In this document: positions 52,694-64,000 of the stretch, one piece after another | Position numbering within the stretch: the first letter of the stretch is position 1 | Layout: each line of letters begins with the position of its first letter | Origin: Trichoplax sp. H2 | Taxonomy: Eukaryota | Assembly: GCA_003344405.1 (NCBI GenBank) | Contig: NOWV01000125.1 | Span: forward strand, 62,001-126,000 | Direction: 5' to 3' | Length of the DNA: 64,000 nt | Position numbers and translations under genes: made by a program | The notes under the pieces: model-generated | Database searches by the model: none | Seen by the model: the letters and a program-made list of their open reading frames with translations, nothing else | What the model was told of the DNA's origin: nothing

Positions 52694-53807
52694 ATTATGT
52701 ATATATATATACTGTATAACATTGTTGTTAACATATATAGAGTAGCACATATTCACTATATAACGGCATTTTATTGAAATGGAGTTGGTAATTTTGATTT
52801 TATACAAGTTGGATGCTTTCTAAGCTCAGTTTGCATTGTATGGATGAACTAGTGAAATATATAAAGCTACTAGATGATGTAGATTAATTTGTAAATCGCT
52901 ACAGTATTTGTATATTAACAGCATGCTTATGTTCCTTAACTATAGAAGGAATTTTACTTAACAGTAAATAAAGGTAATATAAATATTATAACGCACAGCT
53001 GCTAAATATAGCTTACTTATCGTATATATATACATTTATTATTCATATTCTGAGAAGCTTTCTGCAGCTTCATATTCAGGCCATACAGTAATTAATTTTC
53101 GTCCGCACTTTTATAATAAGGGAATCTTGCTCTCATAACCTATAGGTTTCCAACGTGTCATATCTACTATGTCAATAATTTTCATGTCGTGATGACGTTC
53201 CCAACTTACAGAAGTTATCAATACAAATTGATACGCTTGAATCAAATTAATATTTACGAGTTTATGGTGGCACAATAATAATTTGTTATGTTTTAACTTT
53301 AGAAAGAACTTTATATAAAAATAATATATGTATACTCGTAATTAATCAACTAACCAAACGAAAATTGTAGATGGTATCTCTGTTTTAAATGTATAATTTT
53401 AGCGAATTACTATTCGTGGTTTTTTGTGATTAGTCAATAAATAACCTTAACATTTTGTAACTGATGCCATTTAGTTTAATCGCTGTTTCGCAACGCATAT
53501 TTAGCAGTATGATTCATCCCTATGCAGTCGCATAAATAAAATTATAAATACTTGTACAATTATAGTGTACAGTAATATGGAAATGTAGTAGAATTTTCGC
53601 AACAGTGTCAGGATATTGAGTAGGATTACTAGACCGTTTCTTCCATGCATGTATAGTGGAGTGTGATGGCGTTAAGTACTCGTAGTCAGTGAGTGAATCC
53701 TATAATGATAAAAAAAAGTATTTATCACATTTCTATTGTCACTGTTTTACGATCAATTTTACACAAAAGCGAATCGTTAATATTGGACAGAATTTTAACA
53801 GTCGCAG

Positions 53808-53975
53808 ATAAAGTGTTGACTACTGCACTCGTTTACTGCCAACGTATTTGCTGGTAGGTCAGAAGTGCCTACGGTATTCTATTACTTTGGTTATAAAGTG
53901 TTGACTACTATGCTCGTTTACTGCCGGCTTACTTATTTGTAAGTCAGAAGTGATTACGATATTCTATTACTTGGA
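53808..53975 (+). repeat. Two-copy ~85-bp tandem repeat
   Basis: ataaagtgttgactact...ctcgtttactgcc...gtcagaagtg...tattctattactt occurs twice. Confidence 0.85.
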
Positions 53976-55180
53976 TTTCATAGTCGTATTTATAACTTTT
54001 TATTATGTTGGGCATTTTCAAAACAAGTCTTGGTAATTTCCGAACTCTCGCGATACATTCCTACCTACTGACGTATTTACGTATTTACGCTAGGTGTGAA
54101 ATTCAAATAATGCTATAAAATCGAGGATGGTGTAAACAGCCAAGCCTAACATTAGTGAAGTAGCTTTCTCTACTTTATTCATGATAGCAATGACTGTAAT
54201 GCAATTTATTACTACAGTACTATACGGTATTATTATTCTTTTTCTGAAGTAGCCCAATTAGAAATATGCTGATTTTAAATACTTACGTTATTACAGTGCA
54301 AATATTTTATTTTAGCTTGTACTATGGCACCTTTTTCCGCTTTATTCATAGCCAAAATGCAATTATTGGTTTTATTTTTGGGTAGAACTACCGTCTTAGA
54401 AATGTGTTGATTTCAACTATGTTATTGCTCTACAACTATTTTATTTTGGCTTGCTAAGTGACACCTGCGGGAATTGACCCATCAGAGCACGTATGTAGCG
54501 CGTGCAACTTGTACTGGTAAAATAGGAGATTGCGTCCATCTTCAAAACATCATCCCCAAATTGACTAGTATCATCATATCGCCATAAATGGCAATTACAA
54601 ATCTATTTTGTTCTTCAAGGATTGTTATTGTGGTGATTCATCATTTCGATAGGAACAAGCAATCCGTTGTTACTGTCATCCTCAACCAGAATATTCTAAC
54701 GCTGCTAGCTTACACTATGCTAGAGGACAGAGGTCATGCTGAGAGCATAGGGAAAGATGATGAAATCTTGACCTTTAGCGAGTGATTTTACAATGCAAAC
54801 TCAACTCTATAGTCTACAGTAGAGTATGCACTGTAGAGGATTGTACTGTAGTGGACAGCGCGTTTAACTTGGATGGGAACTTAGCGTGGAAAATTGAAAG
54901 TTGCAATTTGTGAATACTCCTGTTCAAAATCGATATGTAAAGGCAGGAGGATGAGGTTGACATCCCTGAGTGATTGGGCTACATCTACATAGACGATTTT
55001 ATCTACTTTGAGCTTGATTTCGCCGACACAGTTTGAAGTTCCAGATCGTCTAGTGTAATACTGTATTTTCCAATCCTGTAAGTTGGGCAGTACAGTACAA
55101 ACGGTACAGTATATTACTGTACCGTTCCACAGTATATTGTACTGTAAAACCATTCACACGTTTCCAGGAATGGACTATAC

Positions 55181-55292
55181 AGTTCAGGGTACAAAGTCCA
55201 ACCAGGGCAAAGAGACCGCAATACTGAAGCCCTTTGTCAGCCCGTGGGCCTATAGTATAAAAAGGCCACCGGTAACGAAAGTTGACTCATTC
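55181..55292 (+). promoter_or_regulatory. Perilipin promoter: nuclear-receptor DR1 array, TATA box and Inr
   Basis: AGTTCA-G-GGTACA-A-AGTCCA at 55181-55200; TATAAAA at 55256; TCATTC at 55287, ~30 bp after the TATA box. Confidence 0.65.
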
Positions 55293-55372
55293 AAAAATTG
55301 AATAACTGCTGGAGAAATCGCTGGGAAATTATTCCGGTATCAAAACGGTAAAAGAGAAAAACTGAAAAAGAA

Positions 55373-57881
55373 ATGACTATGGACGGAGAAATGTCGACGT
55401 TGGCGACTGTCCAGCGCCTTAGTAGTTATCCTGTTATTAACTTTGCTGTCAATCAAGTCTCAAGTGTTTATCAGACAACCAAAGTAAAAAGCGATATGTT
55501 GAAAGGGGGCTTGGACAAGATTGAAACTTCTGTGACCAACATTCTGACTTCAGCTTTGCAGCCATTTCAGCAGCAGAGTAAGTGTACTGTACTCCCTCTG
55601 AATAATATTCGTTTTACTGGTCAATGTTCATATGACTACATCTCGATCAAGATCGGGCAATCCAGTCAGTCAAATTAGGCATTAGTTGTGAAATAGTTCT
55701 TTTCTAATTCTGATTTCATCGACACCCGCTAGGGTACTCGACTGTATGTAGTAGAAGACTACTGTAGTCTGTCCAGTAATAAGTATAACTGTAGTGTACT
55801 GTAGGTTGTAGGATGTCATCATTTCAAAAATGACTCTACTGTATACTGTAGTATAGTAAGTTTGTAAGAGTTGGTATACAGTATGTCGTCTATGCCTAAT
55901 TCCTGAGTACGTACAAATTTGTGTAGGGATGTCTTTTTGAAAGGCATGTAAACGGTAAAGTGATGAATCGAACATAATTGGGTAAACTAATTACGGTAGA
56001 GTGAATCAGGATCATGTATAATTAATTCAAAGACAAGTATACGGATAGAATTAGTTACGTAGATATCAATCACTATGGAGTAGGGCTCTGCGTCTGTAAT
56101 AGGACACGCTGTACTTTCGGTAGGAGACCGAGTGTATTAGTTTGATGGTCATTACTTTCAATCTCTAGCGAATGATAGATTCAATGCTTATGAATATAGA
56201 CGTCATCTTATAGCAAGACTAACATCGTTCTACGTACATAATTTTTCATTGTAGTTGTTGCGGCAGACGGTTTTGCTAGTCGTCAATTGGAGAAATTAGA
56301 GGAGAAGATCCCAATTGTTAAGGAATCATCAGATAAGGTTGGTCACTTGTCATCTTTGCTAATTTATTATCGAGTAGGACAACAATTATTTCTAGAAAAG
56401 TAGTAACCGGAAAATTATTTCATTCTAGATTCGCACAAGATTCGAAGACAATTTGAAAGCAAATATTGACTGCGTTCGCAAATCTTATCTAGTAGAACGT
56501 GTCAGTAATGGGATTGATAAGGTTTTGGATGTTACTGATAATACCGTCGAATATATATTGCCTGGAGTAGATGAACTAGAAGTGAAAACTGCCAGTGATC
56601 CTAATCAAGACAATAAGATAACTGAAATGCTGGAAGAAAACGAGGAAAGCGCAACTGGCAAAGTCGATCGCATTTACACGCTGACTTCCAAGGTTAAACG
56701 CCGCTTGTTTACCCAAATGGTTACTCGACTAGAAAACGTAAAACAACGCGGTCCCGAGATCATCAGCAAATTTAAATACTCTGTAGATTTGGTAAACTTC
56801 AATTTCTTTTAATAGCTTAAATTACTTGACAAAATACCAATCTAACAATCTTTTTTCCATTATATTACGACACTAATGAAAGTTGTCTGTTATTAGATTG
56901 CTTATGATAAATCTCTTGACAAAAAGAGCCCTTTTACCGACGAAAGCGTAGCTGGCGAAGAATCGACTGCATCGGCAAAGACTGTAAGTTACCTATGTTC
57001 ACTTTGGTCATAAAATATAAAACATAAACGAAATCTTCAATTATTCAACGCATGTTAATATATGAGCACATGACTCTTATTCGGTTTTAGGAAAGCAATA
57101 TCAGACCTGAAGGAAAATTTTCATACTTGAAGAAAGAATTATCCAACATTCGATCAACAGTTTCTATTAAATTGGTACTATATTATAAGCATTACTAATG
57201 ATAACAAATAATGTTCATGTCTTGTCTTTAAGTTAATAAGCTAATTTACTTACACAGCAGAAATCCTATGCTAACGTTGTCGAAAATAAATACCCTTACA
57301 TTATGGAAAACATTTGTTCTGCTCGATCTTACATCATCAATTTAGTGAGTATAAATGAAGCTTCTTAGTTCAACATGCAATGATAAAATATTAATAACTG
57401 GTTCTGCTATCATTTACTTTCATGTAATGAACAGTTGGCTTATGGAATGACATATGGGGAAACTTATGTAAAGAATCGTCCTTTTATCAATGACAACTTA
57501 CTTCGAATTCAAACCGTAATTGTACAAGTTTTGCCTGAGAGAGTAAAAGGGTATATGCCTCTTAAAAAGGAAGAAACACCAGTCGATACTCCCATCAAGA
57601 CACCTGATGAACTCCTCGATACAGATATGCAAAACTCCGATATTGACGTACTGAAACAGACAACGGTACGTTCATCATGCTTTTTACTTATTAAAAAGGT
57701 ACAATAATTACAAGATTTGCGTTTTCATTCGTTACAGTTGGAAGATGTAACCTCTACAGTGAAGCAGGGTAGTATTTTGTACACATCGGTTGAAGAAAGC
57801 GAAAGTAATATTGAGACCAGTGAAATTCGTGAAATAACGTCAGATAGCACTGGCCTTGAAGCTAGCGATGACGAAGTTTAA
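55373..57881 (+). CDS. Perilipin-family lipid droplet protein, about 8 exons
   Basis: PAT domain V.RL.SYP.I......VSSVY..TK; next exon ADGFASRQLEKLEEKIPIVKE; D..L...D..VEYILP; RIYTL.SKVKRRL; acidic C-terminus. Confidence 0.85.
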
Positions 57882-58329
57882 TGATGGCTTGAGTTTGATG
57901 ACTTGATACAGTCTTTTTATCGCTAGTTAAGCTTTACTCTTGTAATATGTAGTTTAATAAGACAATGGTTACAATGCACTTTAGCAGTAGATGTAATAAG
58001 ACTAGGATCTTAATTAAAAGTTTAGCATGATTCATGCTTAATCAGTGTTGAAAGGATAACTAGTAGTGTGATTGTAGCTCTCATGTCTGGAAGTGCTTTG
58101 ATTTAACGGATGAAATTTTTGCGTTGTCTATTGAACAATAATTATATAATGAAGGAGTAACATGCATTCTAGTTCATAATTGACTGGTAATACCCAAGTA
58201 TGGAATAAACAAAAATAACAAATCAAGTATTATGAAAGCGTGTTTTTTTGTAATATGATCATGGCATGGTTTTAGGTTCGTGCTAATTTAGATTGGGGAT
58301 ATACTGCTACGATAGTCTTAACGTGAAGT

Positions 58330-58620
58330 GAATTGTTATTCAGTTGTTAGTATTTGGTTATTCGAGTTTAAGCAACTGGTGGGAATGTAATTTTAAATTT
58401 GAGCAAAAAAGAATTCTTAGTAAAGATTAGAAACAGGATTATCTGTTAAGCAATTAATTATTAATAGTCCAGAATTAAGCCAATTGTTGTTCAGTATGTA
58501 TTTAGTTATTCGAGTCGAAGAAACTTATTTGGAATATAATTTTAAATTCGAGTAAAATCAGTTCTTAGTGAGCTATGGAAATTAGAAGGAGTAATATGAT
58601 TGTGGATTATCTGCTAAAAG
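58330..58620 (+). repeat. Degenerate two-copy ~150-bp tandem duplication
   Basis: aattgtt.ttcagt, gttattcgagt, ggaat.taattttaaatt.gag, ttcttagt and ggattatctg.taa each occur twice in the same order. Confidence 0.75.
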
Positions 58621-59332
58621 CCACTAAATGCCGTTTTGGCATTTTTCGATTCTTCATGAAGTCCAAACAAAAGTGTAAAATGTAGGCCTAGATAAATTGC
58701 GTTTTTTACTTATTAGCCCTACTTCCGAAAGAGGGGAAAACCGACCAAATCCCAAATTTTGCTGACATGTGTTTTAGCAGAGCTTGGTACGATCAAAACC
58801 TTCGATCTGATATGTATGTCAAAGCTGACGTACAGTAGTCATGTAGCGAGCGATAGGTAAAGTAAATGTAGTCAGAGATTAAAAACGACATTAGACGAAA
58901 CTTGAATTTTAATAACATTACAAGGACGCTTTACATATGTCCGCCATTAATGATACTGTAAAAGGATCAATCGTATATGTAATTAACAAGTCATAGTATT
59001 AACTATAAAATCAGATCATAAAGCTCTGCGAACTATCACAAGTGAATCTAGGAAATAACTATATGAAACACGTAGGGCAGGATAACTGATTGCCACCTGA
59101 AAATGCAATAAAATACTATTTAACATGTTCGTTTACCTACACAAAGTAAAAGACGAAGCATAGGTAAAGTGACCATGCACTTAAAGAAGACATGGTCTCG
59201 ATAATTAGGAATTTACGTTCAAAGACCATTGGATGAAATAACATTTTGCTGTCGTAGAATTACAGCGCAAAAGACGAGTTGGTGATGCTCATAATAATAA
59301 CATAAGGAACTTAATCAATGAAATACAAAAGA

Positions 59333-60695
59333 TTAACGTCTTCGGCCATCTCTGTCATTCCTAATACAGAAAGAAATTACATGGTATCACTTCAGAGATG
59401 TAACACATCCAGCAAAGGAAGTTAACGATATACACCAGCATAAGATTAATGGGGTACAAATTAATATTAGCGATTTACCTCTTAAGACCCGACGTCTGAG
59501 GTCCTTTTACAAAACACCAGTCAACCTTAATAGTTTGCTCCAATAAATTTGTACCATTCAGGTTATCTATAGCAGCCTGAGCTTCTTTTTTAGTCTCAAA
59601 TTCAACTAATGCATAACCCTAGCAAATTATTGTTAGACTAGTATTAGAAGATGAGATTGATTAAAAGAGCGGCTGGTATCGAATCTATAATATTGTCTGA
59701 CCTTGATAAAACCTGTACGACGATCTAGATTCAAATGGAGATTTTTCACATCTCCGTATTCGGCAAATTTTTCGTATACATCATCCTCTTGGGCTTCCTC
59801 ATGGATATTTGCAACGAAAACGATCCATCCTTCTACAGCTAAATTCATTATCAAGGTGATCAGATATACCACGAAAGACCAAAATGTTACCAGCAATAAC
59901 TTACATCTTTGGGGTCCAGTAGCATAGTCACTGTCTACATCCATGGATTCATATTGTAAATTGGAACCTTTCGCTTCCTCACCGTCATCTAAAATTGGAG
60001 ACAATTAGGAAATTGATCCATTGTAAGTTAGGAAAATGCTGTAATGACGAAAAAGGAACTAGCAATAATTTACAACTGTAGAAAGTTGAAGTGACGAATC
60101 AACACAATTTTTAAAACTGATTAAGAAAACTAAGGGTGCATCGTCCATTTACGCTATTGTACATGCCAAGAGTGTTAGCTACAGTAAACTGATAGTCAGC
60201 ATCAAATTGTTGCCTGTATAATTTCTTTTAATTCATTGTGCATTTATGAATTTGCTACAATGAATCGATCATTACGACGATGACAAAGCTAAGGTTGGTG
60301 CGTAGTCTAACTAGAGGATCGATTGATGAGGCAAACAAGACTAAACTTTTGCTGAATCATGAATAGTATTATGATGATACACTAATCAGTTCTTCTATCA
60401 GTGTGAATATCCATAGAGAATATTAGAGTCTTTCAATAGCATTATACTAAAGCAACGTCAAAGCACTTCTTTAAGGCTAACCTTGGAAACCTCGACCCTT
60501 TCGTTTCTTGGCTGATTGTTTTAGTTTCTGGATGGAGTCTACAATTATAACAAAGTATAGAAAGGTATCCATTTATTGATCGTTTATAAGGAATACTTGT
60601 AGAATCCATTTCCTTCAGAAATGATTACCGTCTCCATCATCCATTTGAAATTCATCGCGCTCTTCGGCAGTTGGTTGCAATTCGAGTTCCGCCAT
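59333..60695 (-). CDS. RBM8A: RNA-binding protein 8A (Y14, exon junction complex), 6 exons
   Basis: [81 protein letters not shown]. Confidence 0.95.
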
Positions 60696-60847
60696 CTTGA
60701 CGACCACGCTGTGAGGAAATGATGAAAGGTACTGTACCATTTGTACTGTATAGGACAGTATAGACTAAGATTTTGTCCATACAAACTACTACTTAGTTAC
60801 TCGATCACCGTTAGCCTATAAGGTATTTTACTTCAAAAAAATTGGGG

Positions 60848-60861
60848 GTTGCCTAGGCCAC
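60848..60861 (+). promoter_or_regulatory. X-box-like site (GTTGCC-TA-GGCCAC) in the RBM8A/ULK4 divergent promoter
   Basis: One mismatch from the palindromic RFX site GTTGCCTAGGCAAC. Confidence 0.5.
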
Positions 60862-61519
60862 TCTGGATGTGAAAACTGCACGGTACAATACCACACTACA
60901 GTGTATTATACTGTAGAGATCCGAGTGCATGGTACTGTACACTCTAGCAATACGGAACGCTGGACAAGCGGATCATTTCTTCGATACAGCTAGCAGTTTA
61001 CTGTATGAAACCACCCTTCGATTATGTATAGGTACTATAAACTGTGCATAATGCGGAGTGTTGCATATAGAGAGCAGCGTCGCTGATAACCGTTAATAAA
61101 ATAACTTGGGAGTTCATTAACTTTAGTTCGACTCGTTTCTCCACACTTGGCTCAAGTCTTGAGGTACTTTTGAATGGTTTAACCACCTTAAAACGGATCA
61201 TCAATCGAGTTGTTAATGTGGAGGCGAATGGCCTGAAAGGATCGTCGATTTGGAGTATCTATTTGTCTTAAAATAGGAGAAAAATCGAATTGATACAAGG
61301 TATGAGAATATACCGGATACTGTAGCTTGAGTATACGAGTACTGTATAGGGCTTGAGCTCGCGGGAAAGACAAATAATTACCAGAGTTTACAGTCAATAA
61401 TTACCCTTCTATTTTTAATTATATACTATGAGATATATATATATATACGCGCATCTATTATTCACCAGAAGTTAAATACATATAGTGACGAATTAAGGTA
61501 AGTATACGACACAATTTCC

Positions 61520-62140
61520 AATACTGTAATAGGACTAGTAAAGCCCATCGCTGATAAGTGTTATTGTGTGATATATCATCATATTGATTAGCTAGCTTGT
61601 AATACGTACGATATATTATTTATGGATATTGGATTACACTTGTAGAACTTACAACTTAATGTGGTGAGAATACCATCGTAGACTTGGCTTAACTTTGCTG
61701 TATAACTTTCGAGATTATTTGGAATAAAATGAACTACCTATCTATCATAGGTCTCTCAGCATCTTTAGTATGCACTGTAGGAGAAAGACAAATAATATAT
61801 ATATATGTATATATATAACCAGTCTACGATCAATGATGACTGTATTATTAATTATTCGCTAGAGGTTAAATAGTGTGAAGTTATTAAGAGAAGTATATGG
61901 CACAATGTTCAGTACTATAGTACTGTAGAACTAGTAAAGTCCATGGCTGATAAGTGTTGATTTATGATATTGATTAGCTACCTTGTACTACGTATGTTAT
62001 TTACTGTATGGATACTTGATTACACCAGTAGAACTTACTGTACAAGTTAGCGTGATGAGAATCCTCTCATAGACTCGACTTAACTTTACTATATAACTTT
62101 TAATATTATTATTATCTGGAATAAATAAACAGCCTATCGG
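61520..62140 (+). repeat. Two-copy ~230-bp duplication (~61520-61745 and ~61920-62140)
   Basis: actagtaaag.ccat.gctgataagtgtt, atattgattagcta.cttgta, gtagaacttac, taacttt.ct.tataacttt and ggaataaa repeated in order. Confidence 0.8.
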
Positions 62141-62332
62141 TCAATTAGTTCATATAATTAGTTCTGCGGATAAATTACCTATGCTGATAGTATACGGATA
62201 GAACTGATAGCTTTCATTCCTTTTAATTAATTAAACATGATAATGTCTATTTGGTAGATATTCGTCATTGAACTCATTTTAGCTATATCATGTTATTATA
62301 TTTGTAGTCCATATAGTGTATGGCCGTCTGTC

Positions 62333-63862
62333 ATGGAGAATTATATTTTATATGATGAAATTGGACGTGGTGATGGATCAATAGTATATAAGGGCAGAAA
62401 ACGAGGTGCTATTGAATTTGTTGCTATTTATTGTATTGAGAAATCCAAGCGTGCAGAAACTACCAACAGAGTAAGTACAGTACGTATGGTGTAGCAATGA
62501 TATGTGACGGAATGAGCATACAAGCCGATGCATTAGCAAATATTTATAACCACAGTGAATAGATTAGTTGTGAGTTGCGAACAATTGTTTCGTATTATTC
62601 GTACAATATTTTGAGGTTATATTCATTTTAATTAATGGCAGTACACGCTCGTAAAAGTCCAATAATAAAAATCTTCATAGATGGTTTATACTTTATAGTA
62701 ATACATTCAGAATTAGTCTGGCTAACTAATTTTGGTGATGCAATTCTAGTAGCTTATATCAAGCATAACGACGCTAGCATATGCTCTTTCCAACACAGTA
62801 ATTTATCTGCGTATTAATAAATATAATGACAATTAGTGTCTCTATCAAGGCAATGAGAAATCATTAGAACGATTACCAACAAAGCTGTAAACAAATATTA
62901 ATCAATGTCATCGCTTTAGGTAAGATTAAGCCAGGGACTGAAACATCGATGTATGGTTGAATTTCACGAATGGTATGAAACTTCAAAGCATTTATGGTTA
63001 ATAGTTCAGCTTTGTACAGGAGGTAGCCTCCAAGAAATACTCAATCAAGACGGTTGCCTACCAGAAGAATCGATCCGTAATTTTGGTGTCGATTTAGTGA
63101 TAGGCCTTTACACTATACATTCTTTAGGGATTGTTTTCTGCGACTTAAAGCCTTCCAAGGTATGCTATATTTTCTAAATTGTAGAAATTTCATTAGTTTT
63201 ATTAATTAATGAACAATTCGCGTAGAAATTTGTAACAATTATTTTTTAAAGATAACGATGGCTAATTTATATATAAAGAATAACATAAAAGTTAATTATT
63301 CTCGAAAACTCACGGACTTTGTATTTAATAATAATAAATTTCATAATTTCAGCTCTTGCTTGACGGTACATGGGCAATTAAATATAGTAATTTCAATCAT
63401 GCACGATTGCTTGGTGAAAGGTTAGATTTTCTTGATGGAACAGACAGTGATAGCAGCGATGAACAAAGTGACAGCGAAGAAGTTAATGTGAAAAAAGTTT
63501 CAGATAAAAAAACTGGAATGCCATTTACGCCATACTTGGCACCAGAAGTAATGTTGTTTGGGCAGTTCTCGCCTGCATCTGATTTATGGTCAGTGGGATG
63601 TTTGCTTTACCGAATGTATACAGGTACATTGCATAGTATCAATTTTTTAACCCCTAAAACGTACCTAATAAATCGTTGGCGTTACTGGCATTGATGGTAG
63701 CTAGTAGCTGTTACCACGATTTTAGCGATTCTTATAGGACTGATTTTTCACTATACGATTTACTGATATTTACTTAGGTAATCTACCTTTCCAAGGAGAA
63801 ACGACTGCTGAGTTGGCGAATAATATTTTACAAAACGATCCCCCTTTTCCGACTTCTCCAAG
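62333..63862 (+). CDS. ULK4: ULK4 pseudokinase, 5' part (continues beyond the window)
   Basis: MENYILYDEIGRG..S.VYKGR..G.I.FVAI.C..K, FHEWYETS.HLWLIV.LCTGGSL, CDLKPSK.LLDG...KYSNF, YLAPEV, SDLWS.GC. Confidence 0.93.
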
Positions 63863-64000
63863 TGGGTATCTTGCTAAGTAGCTAAGTAGTGATAGAGTTG
63901 TTAATTGAAAAATAAGAATTAATGATGATGTAACCATTGCTTCATAACATATATAGTACATAGTGAAGAAATATCTGCAGAATTTTTAGATTTAATTAGT

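Noticed and set aside
51411-53071. Apparent tandem duplication
   Set aside because: Better explained as two alleles placed around N gaps.
1-64000. CRISPR arrays, tRNA, rRNA, U12-type introns
   Set aside because: None recognised by eye; the junctions inspected were ordinary GT-AG. tRNAscan/Infernal were not run.

Overview
AT-rich, intron-dense eukaryotic DNA from an early-branching animal. Gene content, short introns and the abundant CAGTA/TACTG pentamer suggest a placozoan such as Trichoplax; this is an inference and was not checked against a database. Recognisable genes, in order: LARP6, a C15orf61 orthologue, two tandem intronless TauD/DdaC-like Fe(II)/2OG oxygenases, DNAI1, PRCC, SCAMP, an intronless F-box+ankyrin gene, TMEM234, a JmjC-like ER protein lacking its catalytic exons, an AK6 lacking its middle exon, an intronless class C GPCR, a perilipin, RBM8A and ULK4 (runs off the window). 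Main observations: (1) a ~530-bp imperfect fold-back inside a cluster of hairpins at 38.0-39.4 kb; (2) CAGTA/TACTG arrays, often palindromic, upstream of most gene starts; (3) a heterozygous LTR-type insertion (TG..CA ends, ATTAT target-site duplication) with filled and empty alleles both present around two N gaps; (4) two neighbouring genes each missing central exons, with incompatible splice phases; (5) RFX X-boxes at both ciliary genes and an HNF4-type DR1 array in the perilipin promoter. All coordinates and alignments were read by eye.
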